Notes under the pieces: model-generated
What the model saw: only the letters and a program-made list of their open reading frames with translations
What the model was told of the DNA's origin: nothing
Database searches by the model: none
Program-made: the position numbers and the translations under genes
Source: an uncultured Chloroflexia bacterium
GTDB taxonomy: Bacteria > Chloroflexota > Limnocylindria > QHBO01
Reading direction: 5' to 3'
Length of the DNA: 64,000 bases
Assembly: GCA_963827475.1 (NCBI GenBank)
Contig: CAWHAZ010000005.1
Span: 352,001-416,000 of the forward strand
In this document: piece after piece, positions 21,220-32,153 of the stretch
Position numbering within the stretch: position 1 is the first letter of the stretch
Layout of the letters: the number at the start of each line of letters is the position of its first letter

Positions 21220-21615
21220 ATGTCCGCCGCCAAGCGGCCGAGCACCTCCAGCCTGCGCCGCTTCGTCAGCTCCCGACCGTACGTCCCGGTGGCCGAGCTG
21301 CGCCGTCGATTCGGGCTCGACGAGCCGGACGCCATGGTCCGCATCGCGCGGAATGGCACGTCGGCGTTCATCGGTCTGCCCGCTCGCGAAGCGACCAAGC
21401 TCGAGGAGCTGTGGGCCCGCGACGAGCTCGGCGTGGAGATCTCGGTCGACGTCCATGCCCCGGTCGTGATCGGCGTCTATCCGATGCGCATCGCCCGCTA
21501 CCTCGACCACGGGCCGGTGAACGGCCAGGGTCCGAACGGGGCGGGCGACGTCGACCAGGCTCCCGAGCAGCCGCACGAGGACGCTCCCGTCATCCTCGAT
21601 CCCACCGACGCCTGA
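21220..21615 (+). CDS. Hypothetical protein
   Basis: ATG at 21220 with TAGACT 7 nt upstream; second half of ORF 20836-21615. Confidence 0.6.
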   Translation: MSAAKRPSTSSLRRFVSSRPYVPVAELRRRFGLDEPDAMVRIARNGTSAFIGLPAREATKLEELWARDELGVEISVDVHAPVVIGVYPMRIARYLDHGPVNGQGPNGAGDVDQAPEQPHEDAPVILDPTDA

Positions 21616-21619
21616 ACCG

Positions 21620-22093
21620 ATGGGCCCTCCGGGCCCCCGTGTCGTGGCGCTCGTTCCGGACCTCATCGCGGCTTCGCGGATCGAGAGCGCGACCACGGCG
21701 GCAGGGGGCACGTTCACCCGGATCGACGCGATCGATGATCTTCCGGCCTCGAACGCCGTCGACCTGCTGGTCGTGGACTGGGGCGCTCGTCGGCCCGGTT
21801 GGGACGCAGCCATCGCCGGCTGGCGCGGCGGCGAGGGCGATGCGCCGCCCGAGGTCATCCTGTTCGGCCCGCACACGGACCTCGCCGCCCATGCCGATGC
21901 CCGTGCCGCCGGCCTGGGCCCGATGCGAGCCCGCTCGGCGTTCTTCTCGAGCCTCCCCGACCTGCTGGCGGTTGACCGAGCGTCTGCTGGCCGGCGCCGC
22001 GCCCTGCCCGCGTGCCGTTGCCTCTGTCAACGATTTCTGTGTGGATTTCGGTTTGGTCATGGATTGGTGAAGTCCGGCGCGGATCGGAGTTGA
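21620..22093 (+). CDS. Atypical receiver (response-regulator-like) domain protein
   Basis: VVALVPDL...DLLVVDW...ILFGPH...ARAAG pattern. True stop may be near 21975. Confidence 0.55.
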   Translation: MGPPGPRVVALVPDLIAASRIESATTAAGGTFTRIDAIDDLPASNAVDLLVVDWGARRPGWDAAIAGWRGGEGDAPPEVILFGPHTDLAAHADARAAGLGPMRARSAFFSSLPDLLAVDRASAGRRRALPACRCLCQRFLCGFRFGHGLVKSGADRS

Positions 22094-22118
22094 CTGGAGA
22101 GTTCCGGCAGCGTAGGGT
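22090..22118 (+). promoter_or_regulatory. Sigma70-type promoter of the surface-protein gene
   Basis: TTGACT-17 nt-TAGGGT. Confidence 0.6.
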
Positions 22119-22340
22119 GGCGCTCCCGAGGGATCCGGCCCCAGTTGGCCGTCCTCGGGTATCGGCGCGAGAGCGCCCAAATACAGTCCATGCCTCGCCC
22201 GGCATCGACATCCATCTGGTCTCATCCCTTCCTCTGCCGGCCCCATCGGCCGAGAAAGGGCATGAGCATCGGCGGAAGCCGGCGCGTGTCCCATCCCTGT
22301 CCAACGTTATCGCCCACCGGGGTTCAGGAGGCTCAGACCG

Positions 22341-25300
22341 ATGACCAGCGCCAGTCCCAGCACCCAGCCAATTCATCCAGCTGTCCTCCACGCGCAGATG
22401 CAGGCACGGATGGACGAGCTCTCGGCACGAAAGATTGAGCGGGAAGCGGCTCGCGCCGCGCGCCGACGTCCCCGACGCCGCACACGGCGGGTCGTCCCGG
22501 TCTTTGCGGCGACCCTGGCGATGCTGTTGGGTGTCGCGTCTGTGCTCGCGGTATGGGACTTGGGGATCTTCGAGCTGGATCGGAACGCCGTCGATAACCT
22601 GGCGACGACGTCAGATGATTGGAACACGCTTCAAGGCGGTGGCGGGGAGGCCCAAGAGTTCACCGGCATCCTGGCCGATATCGGCGCAGACGGCGGGACG
22701 CAGTTCCAAGGCGGAGGCTCCAAGGACGATGAGGACATCACCGAGTGGCTGTGGAAGCCTGGTGAGCCGCTCGACAAGGACGACATTACCAATGCCTATG
22801 CCGCTGCATATGTCAACACCGTCGATACGACGAACCACGACATCGGCGATCTGATCATCTACTTCGGCCTCGACCGGTTCGACAACAACGGCTCGGCCCA
22901 GGTCGGGTTCTGGTTCCTCCAGAGCGCGATCGGACTGACCAATATCCCAAGGGGGGGTGGATTCGAGTTCAGTGGCGCCCACACCGATGGCGACATCCTG
23001 GTGCAGAGCAACTTCAGCAACGGCGGTGTGATTTCCAGCATCAGCGTCTTCAGGTGGAGCGCGGCGCTCTCGACCCGGTCCTGACGGCTGCGGACTGCAT
23101 CCCTGGCGTGGCAGACACCCTGGCGTGCGGGACCGTGAATCAGGCCGACACCGTGTCGCCCTGGCCGTACACGCCGAAGTCCGGCCCTGCTGGGACCTTC
23201 GGGCCGAGCGCCTTCTTCGAGGGCGGGCTCAACATCTCGGCCCTCGTTCCCGACGCGGGATGCTTCACCGGATTCCTCGCGGAGACCCGGACATCCACCC
23301 CGTTCGACGCTCGCCTCAAGGACTTCGTCCTCGGCGAGTTCGATCTGTGCGAGATCGAGGTCTCCAAGACGGGCGACGAGCTCTCCAAGGTCGGGGATGA
23401 CGTCGATTACACGATCACGATCGAGAACACCGGCGCCTTGACCGTGTGGAAGGACGACATCAGCGACACCGTCTTCGGTGACTTGGTCGTGAATGGCGTC
23501 AACCAGGCCGATCCGAACACCTGGACCGACTTCAACTTCGCCACCGCCGATCCGTGCGGTGCGAGCCTGCTGCCAGGTGAGGACTGCACCATTGAGGTCA
23601 CGCGAACGGTGCAGGAGGGCGATGACGATCCCCTGCCGAATACCGTGACTGCTACCTACCGCGGTCATGCCGACCTGTCCGGGACGGCCGTTTCCGAGTC
23701 AGATGACCACGAAGTGGACCTGTTCCAGCCGGGAGTCGACATCACCAAGGACGGCACCGCCGTCTCGAAGGTGGGTGACGAGGTCACCTACGACTACACC
23801 ATCGAGAACACCGGCAGCGCCGACAGCCCGAACCTGATCCTCGATTCCCTGATGGATACCGGGGACAACAACGGTGGGGCTGGGTCTCGGTGACCTGACC
23901 GCCCTGGCCGGCTACGACACCGACTGTGACGAGCTGGCTCCGGGAGACATCTGCACCTTCTCGATCACCTACACCGTCCAGGACGGCGATGACGACCCGC
24001 TGAACAACACCGTCACCGCCCACTACCACCCGGACGGCTTCCTGAACGACATCACCGACGAGGACAGCCACGAAGTGGACCTGTTCCAGCCGGGAGTCGA
24101 CATCACCAAGGACGGCACCGCCGTCTCGAAGGTGGGTGACGAGGTCACCTACGACTACACCATCGAGAACACCGGCAGCGCCGACAGCCCGAACCTGATC
24201 CTCGATTCCCTGATGGATACCGGGGACAACAACCTCGGGGCTGGGCTCGGTGACCTGACCGCCCTGGCCGGCTACGACACCGACTGTGACGAGCTGGCTC
24301 CGGGAGACATCTGCACCTTCTCGATCACCTACACCGTCCAGGACGGCGATGACGACCCGCTGAACAACACCGTCACCGCCCACTACCACCCGGACGGCTT
24401 CCTGAACGACATCACCGACGAGGACAGCCACGAAGTGGACCTGTTCCAGCCGGGAGTCGACATCACCAAGGACGGCACCGCCGTCTCGAAGGTGGGTGAC
24501 GAGGTCACCTACGACTACACCATCGAGAACACCGGCAGCGCCGACAGCCCGAACCTGATCCTCGATTCCCTGATGGATACCGGGGACAACAACCTCGGGG
24601 CTGGGCTCGGTGACCTGACCGCCCTGGCCGGCTACGACACCGACTGTGACGAGCTGGCTCCGGGAGACATCTGCACCTTCTCGATCACCTACACCGTCCA
24701 GGACGGCGATGACGACCCGCTGAACAACACCGTCACCGCCCACTACCACCCGGACGGCTTCCTGAACGACATCACCGACGAGGACAGCCACGAAGTGGAC
24801 CTGTTCCAGCCGGGAGTCGACATCACCAAGGACGGCACCGCCGTCTCGAAGGTGGGTGACGAGGTCACCTACGACTACACCATCGAGAACACCGGCAGCG
24901 CCGACAGCCCGAACCTGATCCTCGATTCCCTGATGGATACCGGGGACAACAACCTCGGGGCTGGGCTCGGTGACCTGACCGCCCTGGCCGGCTACGACAC
25001 CGACTGTGACGAGCTGGCTCCGGGAGACATCTGCACCTTCTCGATCACCTACACCGTCCAGGACGGCGATGACGACCCGCTGAACAACACCGTCACCGCC
25101 CACTACCACCCGGACGGCTTCCTGAACGACATCACCGACGAGGACAGCCACGAAGTGGACCTGTTCCAGCCGGGAGTCGACATCACCAAGGACGGCACCG
25201 CCGTCTCGAAGGTGGGTGACGAGGTCACCTACGACTACACCATCGAGAACACCGGCAGCGCCGACAGCCCGAACCTGATCCTCGATTCCCTGATGGATAC

Positions 25301-27353
25301 CGGGGACAACAACCTCGGGGCTGGGCTCGGTGACCTGACCGCCCTGACCGGCTACGACACCGACTGTGACGAGCTGGCTCCGGGAGACATCTGCACCTTC
25401 TCGATCACCTACACCGTCCAGGACGGCGATGACGACCCGCTGAACAACACCGTCACCGCCCACTACCACCCGGACGGCTTCCTGAACGACATCACCGACG
25501 AGGACAGCCACGAAGTGGACCTGTTCCAGCCGTCGGTGACCGTCGACAAGAGCGGGACCGCGGTCAGCAAGGTCGGTGACGACGTCATCTACACCTACCT
25601 GATCACCAACACCAGCGTGGCCGGCAGCCCGAACCTGATCCTCGACAGCATCATGGACACCGGCGACAACAACGGTGGAGCGGGTCTCGGTGACCTGACC
25701 CTGCTGGCCGGCTACGACACCGACTGTGACGAGCTCGCCCCCGGCGAGTTCTGCACGTTCGACATCACCTACACCGTCCTAGAGGGCGACGACGACCCGC
25801 TGAATAACGAGGTCGACGTCGACTACCACCCGGACGGCTTCACCAACAACATCAGCGACCAGGACGACCACGAGGTCGATCTGTTCCAGCCATCGGTGAC
25901 CGTCGACAAGAGCGGGACCGCGGTCAGCAAGGTCGGTGACGACGTCACCTACACTTACCTGATCACGAACACCAGCTCGCTCGACACCCCGAACCTGCTG
26001 CTCGACAGCATCATGGACACCGGGGACAACAACAACGGGGCTGGGCTCGGCGACCTGACGGCCTACGCAACCTACGATCCCGACTGTGACGAGCTCGCGC
26101 CCGGCGAGTGGTGCACGTTCGACATCACCTACACCGTCCTGGAGGGCGACGACGACCCGCTGAATAACGAGGTCGACGTCGACTACCACCCCGAGGGCTT
26201 CGAGAACAACATCAGCGACCAGGATGACCACGAGGTCGAGCTGGCCCAGCCGGGGGTGACCGTCGACAAGACGGGTACCACTGTCTCCAAGGTGGGTGAC
26301 CTGGTCACCTACACCTACACCATCACCAACACTGGCTCAGCCGACACCCCGAACCTGATCCTCGATTCGATCATGGACACCGGCGACAACAACGGTGGCC
26401 TCGGGCTCGGCGACCTGACCCTCCTGGCCGGCTACGACCCCGACTGTGACGAGCTGGCACCGGGAGACGTCTGCACGTTCGACATCGAGTACACCGTCCT
26501 CGCGGGCGACGCTGACCCGCTGAATAACGAGGTCGACGTCGACTACCACCCGTTTGGCTTCACGAACAACATCAGCGACCAGGACACTCACGAGGTGGAG
26601 CTGTTCCAGCCGTTGGTTGAGGTCATCAAGGGCGGGCCGACCGAGGCCGCCGTGGGTGATCTGGTCACCTACACCTTTACCATCAACAACACCAGCTCGG
26701 CCGATAGCCCGGACCTGATTCTCGTCAGCGTCACAGACACAGTCCTCGGCGATATCACTGCCGCGGCTGCAGCTGGAGGCTGCGGGACCCTCGCGCCAGC
26801 AGGATCCTGCAACTTCACCTCCGATTACACGATCCAGGCTTCGGACCCGAATCCCCTCGTCAACGTGGTAACTGTTCACTACAACCCGGAGGGCTTCCCG
26901 AACGACGTCACTGACGACGACGACCACTCCCTGGAAATCGTCTCTGTCGGAGAGGGCTGCACGCCTGGCTTCTGGCAGGGCGGCTTCGGCATCCAGCTAT
27001 GGAACCAGGCGAACGATCCGGACTGGGCCGCGAACGGTGGCGCCGGCACGAATCCGTTCGTGACCACTGACTTGTTCAATACAGGCCCGTGGGTCGACTC
27101 AGGCAACGCCACGGTCGACAACATGACGATGGTTCAGATCGTCGGGTCCGGCGGGACGAACAGCTGGCCGCGGAAGGCCGCGCGTGACCTGATCGCCGCG
27201 TACCTGAACGCCTCGTTCGGCCTGGACTACCCGGCCACCACGGCCGAGATCCTCGCCGACTGGAGTACCGCAGTGGCGGGTGGAACGAACGGCTTCAAGA
27301 CGTTCCACACGAAGTACGACGCGTTCAACAACCTTGGATGCGCGATCCCTTAG
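22341..27353 (+). CDS. Large secreted/surface protein with ~10 DUF11/DUF7507-like Ig repeats (frameshifts near 23060 and 23880)
   Basis: AGGAGG SD; Arg-rich n-region plus hydrophobic signal; 120-aa repeats (VDITKDG..KVGDEVTYDYTIENTG...CDELAPGDICTF...NNTVTAH); C-terminal GCTPGFW domain. Confidence 0.85.
23711..26591 (+). repeat. Intragenic 360-bp tandem repeat, 8 units (5 near-identical, 3 diverged)
   Basis: Unit starts at 23711, 24072, 24432, 24792, 25152, 25512, 25872, 26232. Units 2-4 read identical; unit 5 differs by one base near 25347. Confidence 0.95.
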
Positions 27354-27370
27354 CGACGACTTCGGTCGCG

Positions 27371-27400
27371 AGAAGGGCCCGGCTTCGGCCGGGCCCTTTC
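27371..27400. terminator. Likely bidirectional intrinsic terminator between the surface-protein gene and cysS
   Basis: AAGGGCCCGGC-TTCG-GCCGGGCCCTT between convergent genes. Confidence 0.8.
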
Positions 27401-27421
27401 GCTTTCCCGCCGGCCTGTTAC

Positions 27422-28850
27422 CTATGCCCGTCGGACGGTGGCCTGCTGACCCTCGGGCGTGTCGCGGACCTCGACGCCGAGGGCGGCGAGCTCGTCGCGC
27501 AGCGCGTCGGAGGTGGCGTAGTCGTGCGCCGCTCGCGCCGCAGCCCGCCGGTCGAGGAGCTCGGCGGCACCCTCGGGAAGCTCCGCTTCCTCGGCGGGCG
27601 TCGGCGCGTCGAGGCCCAGCCCGAACACGCGGTCGAAGTCGAGCAGGAGCGCGCGGCGCTGCGGCGCCGACAGGTCATCGGCGCCGGCCACGGCGTGGGC
27701 CACCGCCAGGGCCGCGGGCAGGCCGAGGTCCTCGCTGATCGCCGTCACGAATCGGTCTCGATACGCCGCCATCGGCTCCGCCTGCGAGGTCCACCGCGCC
27801 GCCATCGGTCTCGCCGGCCGGTCCGTCCGGCCCGCCGACCGCCCGGCGCAGCCGAGCCAGCCCCGATGCGGCGGCGTGCATCGCGGCCTCGGTGAAGTCG
27901 AGCTTGGACCGGTAGTGGGCGGTCAGCGCCAGGTAGCGGAAGACGAGCGGCTCGAATCCCTTCTCGGGCAGGTCGCTGACCCGGATGATGTTGCCCGCGC
28001 TCTTCGCCATCTTCGCGTCGGCCAGGGTCAGGAACTCGCCGTGCATCCACAGCGAGATCACCTGGTGCCCGGTGGCCCCGTCCGACTGGGCGATCTCGTC
28101 CTCGTGGTGGGGGAACTTCAGGTCGATGCCGCCGGTGTGGATGTCGAATCGGTCCCCGAGATACTTCATGCTCATGACCGAGCACTCGATGTGCCAGCCG
28201 GGGAAGCCCTCGCCCCACGGGGAGGGCCAGTGCATGAGGCGGCCCTCGTCGGCCGCCTTCCACAGGGCGAAGTCGGCCGGATCCCGCTTGTCGGTCTCCA
28301 CCTCGACCCGGGTCCCGGCCCGGGTGGCCTCCACCCGCTGCCCCGAGAGCTGCCCGTAGGCCGGGAAGGCGCTGACGTCGAAGTACACCGTCCCGTCGAC
28401 CTCGTAGGCCAGGCCCTTGTCGAGGAGGACCTGGATCATGGCCAGCATCTCGGCGATGTGGTCGGTCGCCCGCGGCATCTCGTCGGCCGGCCGGATGTTG
28501 ATCAGCGCCTCGTCGGCCAGCCAGGCATCGGTGTAGAACTGCGCGATCTCGGCTGGCGACTTCCCCTCCTCCAGCGCGGCCAGCACCATCCGGTCCTCGC
28601 CGGAATCGGTCTGGTCGTCGCGCATGTGGCCGACATCGGTGATGTTCTTGACGTAGGTGACCTCGTAGCCGAGGTAGTCCAGGGTTCGCCGCAGGAGGTC
28701 GCCGAACAGGTAGGTCCGCAGGTTCCCGATGTGGGCGTAGCGGTACACCGTGCTGCCGCAGGTGTAGATACCGATGCGACCCGGCGTGACCGGCTCGAGG
28801 GTCTCGACCTGGCGGGTCAGCGTGTTGTAGAGGCGGACAGGCGTCGGCAT
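27422..28850 (-). CDS. cysS: Cysteine--tRNA ligase (frameshift near 27800)
   Basis: YNTLTR, YTCG.TVY..AHIGN, NITDVGH, DFALWK, GFPGWHIECS, FPHHEDEIAQ, KMAKSAGN. Confidence 0.95.
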
Positions 28851-28859
28851 GCGGCAGGC

Positions 28860-29105
28860 TCAGTGCGCCGTCGTCTTGCTCGTCGGCTGCGCTCCCCGGG
28901 AGGCGGCGACGAGCGTCTTGCCCAGCGCATCGGCGATCGCTTTGGCGAGGTTCGAGCTCATCCGGATCCGGCCCACGACCTCCCGGGGGTCCTCGTGGGG
29001 CCCGGGCTCGCCGGTCGGCTCGGATCGGGTCAGGGTCACGGTCACGCCGTAGCGGCCGGCGGTCACCGAGAAGCCGTCGGCGTAGATGTCTGGATAGTCG
29101 GCCAT
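28860..29105 (-). CDS. Small DUF3467-like protein
   Basis: DIYADGF...VGRIRMSSNLAK pattern. Confidence 0.55.
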   Translation of the reverse strand: MADYPDIYADGFSVTAGRYGVTVTLTRSEPTGEPGPHEDPREVVGRIRMSSNLAKAIADALGKTLVAASRGAQPTSKTTAH

Positions 29106-29176
29106 TGCCTTTGCATTACCTCACGTGCTGGGACCCGAAAGGGTAGCCCAGCCGAGATCCGATCTACCATGAGTCG

Positions 29177-29770
29177 ATGCCGGAACGGGACGCGAGCACG
29201 ACCTACCCGTTGACCCTGGGCGAGGAGCCCGAGTTCTGCCCAGCCTGCGGCCAGCCCGTCGTCCAGCGGGTGCTCGAGGAGGACCACCGCCCGCGGCTGG
29301 TGTGCCCCGACGGCCACGTCACCTGGCGCAACCCGCGGCTGGTGGTCGGGACCCTGCCGATGCGGGACGGGCAGGTGTTCCTCGCGCGGCGGGGGATCGA
29401 GCCGGGGCTCGGCCTGTGGAGCTATCCCGGCGGCTACCTCGAGGTCGGAGAGTCCGCGCAGGAGGGAGCGCGTCGCGAGACGGAGGAGGAGACGCTGCTC
29501 CGGGTCGAGATCGGGCGCCTGGTCGGTGCCTACTCGCGGCCGATGGGCGCGGTCGTGACCCTGATCTACGAGGCCGAGGTCGTTGGCGGGGAGCCGCTGC
29601 CCGGGGTCGAGACGACCGAGGTTCGCGGGTTCGGGCCGGACGACATCCCGTGGGACGAGCTGGCGTTCAGCACGACCGAGTCCTGCCTCCGAGACTGGGT
29701 GCGGACGCAGCCCGGGCACGAGCCGAAGCACGAGCCGGAGCTGTACGTGATCGGAGACCCGGAGCCCTAG
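29177..29770 (+). CDS. NUDIX hydrolase with N-terminal zinc ribbon
   Basis: FCPACG, GGYLEVGESAQEGARRETEEET Nudix box, IPWDELAF. Confidence 0.9.
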   Translation: MPERDASTTYPLTLGEEPEFCPACGQPVVQRVLEEDHRPRLVCPDGHVTWRNPRLVVGTLPMRDGQVFLARRGIEPGLGLWSYPGGYLEVGESAQEGARRETEEETLLRVEIGRLVGAYSRPMGAVVTLIYEAEVVGGEPLPGVETTEVRGFGPDDIPWDELAFSTTESCLRDWVRTQPGHEPKHEPELYVIGDPEP

Positions 29771-29785
29771 CCGGGCTGCCCGCGC

Positions 29786-31084
29786 CTAGGCGTCGTACTT
29801 GCGGAAGACGATCGTGCCGTTGTGCCCGCCGAGCCCCATGGAGTTCGAGAGCCCGACCTGCACGTCCGCCTGGCGGGCGGTGTGCGGCACGTAGTCGAGG
29901 GTCAGCGCCGGGTCGGGATGGTTGAGGTTGATCGTCGGCGGGATCCAGCCGGTGTCGAGGACCTTGACCGTGGCCCACCCCTCGAACGCGCCGGCTGCGC
30001 CCATCATGTGGCCGGTCATCGACTTCGTGGAGCTGATCGCCAGCTTTCGGGCGTGGTCCCCGAAGACGGCCTCGATGGCCTGCGTCTCCGACAGGTCGTT
30101 CAGCGGCGTACCGGTGCCGTGGGGGTTGATGTACTCGATCTCGGTCGGGTCGATGCCGCCCCGCTCCATCGCCCAGCGCATCGATCGCTGGCTGCCCTCG
30201 CCGAACTCCGGCGGAGCGGCCATGTGGAACGCGTCCGCCGCGCTGCCGTAGCCGACGAGCTCCGCGATCGGGCGCGCCCCCCGGGCAAGGGCGTGCTCGA
30301 GCTCCTCGAGGACGAGGACCGCGCAGCCCTCGGCGATGACGAAGCCGTTGCGCGTGGCGTCAAACGGCCGTGAGGCGATCGACGGCACGTACTCGCCGGT
30401 GTCGGGGTCGATCGGCGTGCCCAGTGCCCGCATCTGTCCGAACCCGGCGAAGGCCAGGGGGACGAGCGCAGCCTCGGTGCCGGCGCCGAGCATGAGATCG
30501 GCCTGGCCGCGGATGATCGTCTCGGCCGCCTCACCGATGGCGTGGCTGCCGGTGGCACAGGCGCTGACCACCGCGGTGTTCGGGCCGCGGATGCCGAACT
30601 GGATGGCGACCATCCCTGACGGGCTGTCGACCAGCATGTGGGGGATCGTCCACGGCGACACCCGGTTGGCGCCGACGTCCCAGTACTTCTTCGCGTTCTC
30701 GAGCAGGACGCTGACCCCGCCGCAGCCGGAGCCGAAGACCATCCCGATCCGGTCGGGATCGGCCTCCTCGCGCAGGATCTGGCTGGTGCCGTTGATCAGG
30801 CCCGCATCGCGCAGCGCCTCCGCGGTCGCGGCCACCGCCATCTGGGTCGCCCGGTCGTGGCGGCGGACGTCCTTGGGGTCCATCTCGCGGGTCGGGTCGA
30901 AGTCGGGGACCTCGCCGCCGATGCGGATCTCCTGGTCCGACAGGTCGGCGATCGTCACCTCCCGGATGCCGGACTTCCCGGCGACCAGGTTGGCCCACGC
31001 GGTCTCGTTGCCGATGCCGACCGGGGACACGACCCCCAGGCCGGTGACCATCGCGCGTCGGGCCGGGCGCCCGTTGCCGCTCAT
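29786..31084 (-). CDS. fabF: Beta-ketoacyl-ACP synthase II
   Basis: VTGLGVVSPVG, SACATG, SRPFDATRNGFV, HGTGT, SSTKSMTGH, SNSMGLGGHN. Confidence 0.93.
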   Translation of the reverse strand: MSGNGRPARRAMVTGLGVVSPVGIGNETAWANLVAGKSGIREVTIADLSDQEIRIGGEVPDFDPTREMDPKDVRRHDRATQMAVAATAEALRDAGLINGTSQILREEADPDRIGMVFGSGCGGVSVLLENAKKYWDVGANRVSPWTIPHMLVDSPSGMVAIQFGIRGPNTAVVSACATGSHAIGEAAETIIRGQADLMLGAGTEAALVPLAFAGFGQMRALGTPIDPDTGEYVPSIASRPFDATRNGFVIAEGCAVLVLEELEHALARGARPIAELVGYGSAADAFHMAAPPEFGEGSQRSMRWAMERGGIDPTEIEYINPHGTGTPLNDLSETQAIEAVFGDHARKLAISSTKSMTGHMMGAAGAFEGWATVKVLDTGWIPPTINLNHPDPALTLDYVPHTARQADVQVGLSNSMGLGGHNGTIVFRKYDA

Positions 31085-32086
31085 AGGGTCGTCTTGGGGG
31101 TCTTCGCCCGCTTCGGCGCCTTGGCCGCTCCCGGCGACGGGCAGCCAGCCGTCTTCTGCGTCGTCGAGGGCGTGGGCGTTGGACTCGGGGCTGATGCGCT
31201 TGATCAGGCCGGTCAGGACCCGGCCCGGACCGATCTCGACGAAGTCGGTCACCCCGATGGCGGCCATGTTGCGGACGGTGGCCACCCACTGCACCCCGTG
31301 GACCAGGTGATCGCTCAGCTCGGTGCGAAGCCCATCGGCGCTGCGGATCATGTTGGCGTGGACGTTGCTGACCAGCGGCACTGACGGGTCGCGGAACGGC
31401 GTCCGCTCGAGGACCTTGGCGAACTCGTCGCGGGCGTGGCGCATGAGCGGGGAGTGGCTGGCGACGCTCACCGTCAGCTGGACCGCGCGGCGGGCACCGA
31501 CCGTCTTGCTCATCTCCAGCGCGAACACGAGGGCCGGGAGCACGCCGCTGAGCACGACCTGGCCCGGGGCGTTGATGTTCGCCACCGAGATCTCGCCGTG
31601 CGCACGAGCCTTGTCGACGACCTCGGCCGCCTGCTCCTCCGACAGACCGATGACCGCGCCCATCCCGCCGTCGATCCCGCGCTCCTGCATGATCCGGCCG
31701 CGCTCGCGCACGAGGCGCAGGGCTTCGTCGAAATCGACCGCCCCGGCGGCGATGGCGGCCGCGTACTGCCCCGCCGAGTGGCCGGCCACGGCGAGCGGGT
31801 TCAGCGTCACGCCGGCGGCCTTCGCCCGCTCGCGGAGATGCTCGAGGGCGGCGACGCTGGCGGCCAGGATCGCGGGCTGGGCGTTGATCGTGGTATCGAG
31901 CTCGTCCGCCGGTCCCTCGAACATCAGGCGGGACAGGGCGAAGCCCAGCGCCTTGTCGGCGCGCTCGAAGATCGTGCCGGCGACCGCCGAGCTCTCGGCC
32001 AGGTCGGCTCCCATGCCGACGTACTGCGAGCCCTGGCCGGGGAACACGAAGGCGTGCGCGCCGGCCATCACGTCAGGTGTGGACAT
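31081..32086 (-). CDS. fabD: Malonyl-CoA:ACP transacylase
   Basis: FPGQGSQ, AQPAI, GHSAG, ASHS, EIGPG. Probable true stop is TGA overlapping the fabF ATG. Confidence 0.92.
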
Positions 32087-32153
32087 GTTGACCCAGGGTG
32101 CGTCCCTCTCGAATGAGGTCGCGAGTATAGGGCCGTGGGAGCACGCTCGGCCA

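Noticed and set aside
20836-21615. Single 259-aa two-domain fusion ORF
   Set aside because: The alternative frame ends at TAG 21207-21209 and the second part has its own -10 box and ATG at 21220; likely an indel artifact.
23711-25530. Repeats as a CRISPR array or mobile element
   Set aside because: The units are in-frame 360-bp coding repeats with no spacers, and no cas, transposase or reverse transcriptase genes are nearby.
28850-29177. T-box upstream of cysS
   Set aside because: No GGTGGNACCGCG or Stem I motifs; the space is filled by a small CDS and a 71-bp divergent gap.
29786-32086. Apparent 766-aa FabD-FabF fusion
   Set aside because: The alternative frame near 31130 reads GAAKAPKRAKTPKTTL* with typical GC3 codons and a TGA overlapping the fabF ATG, so a 1-nt indel explains the fusion.
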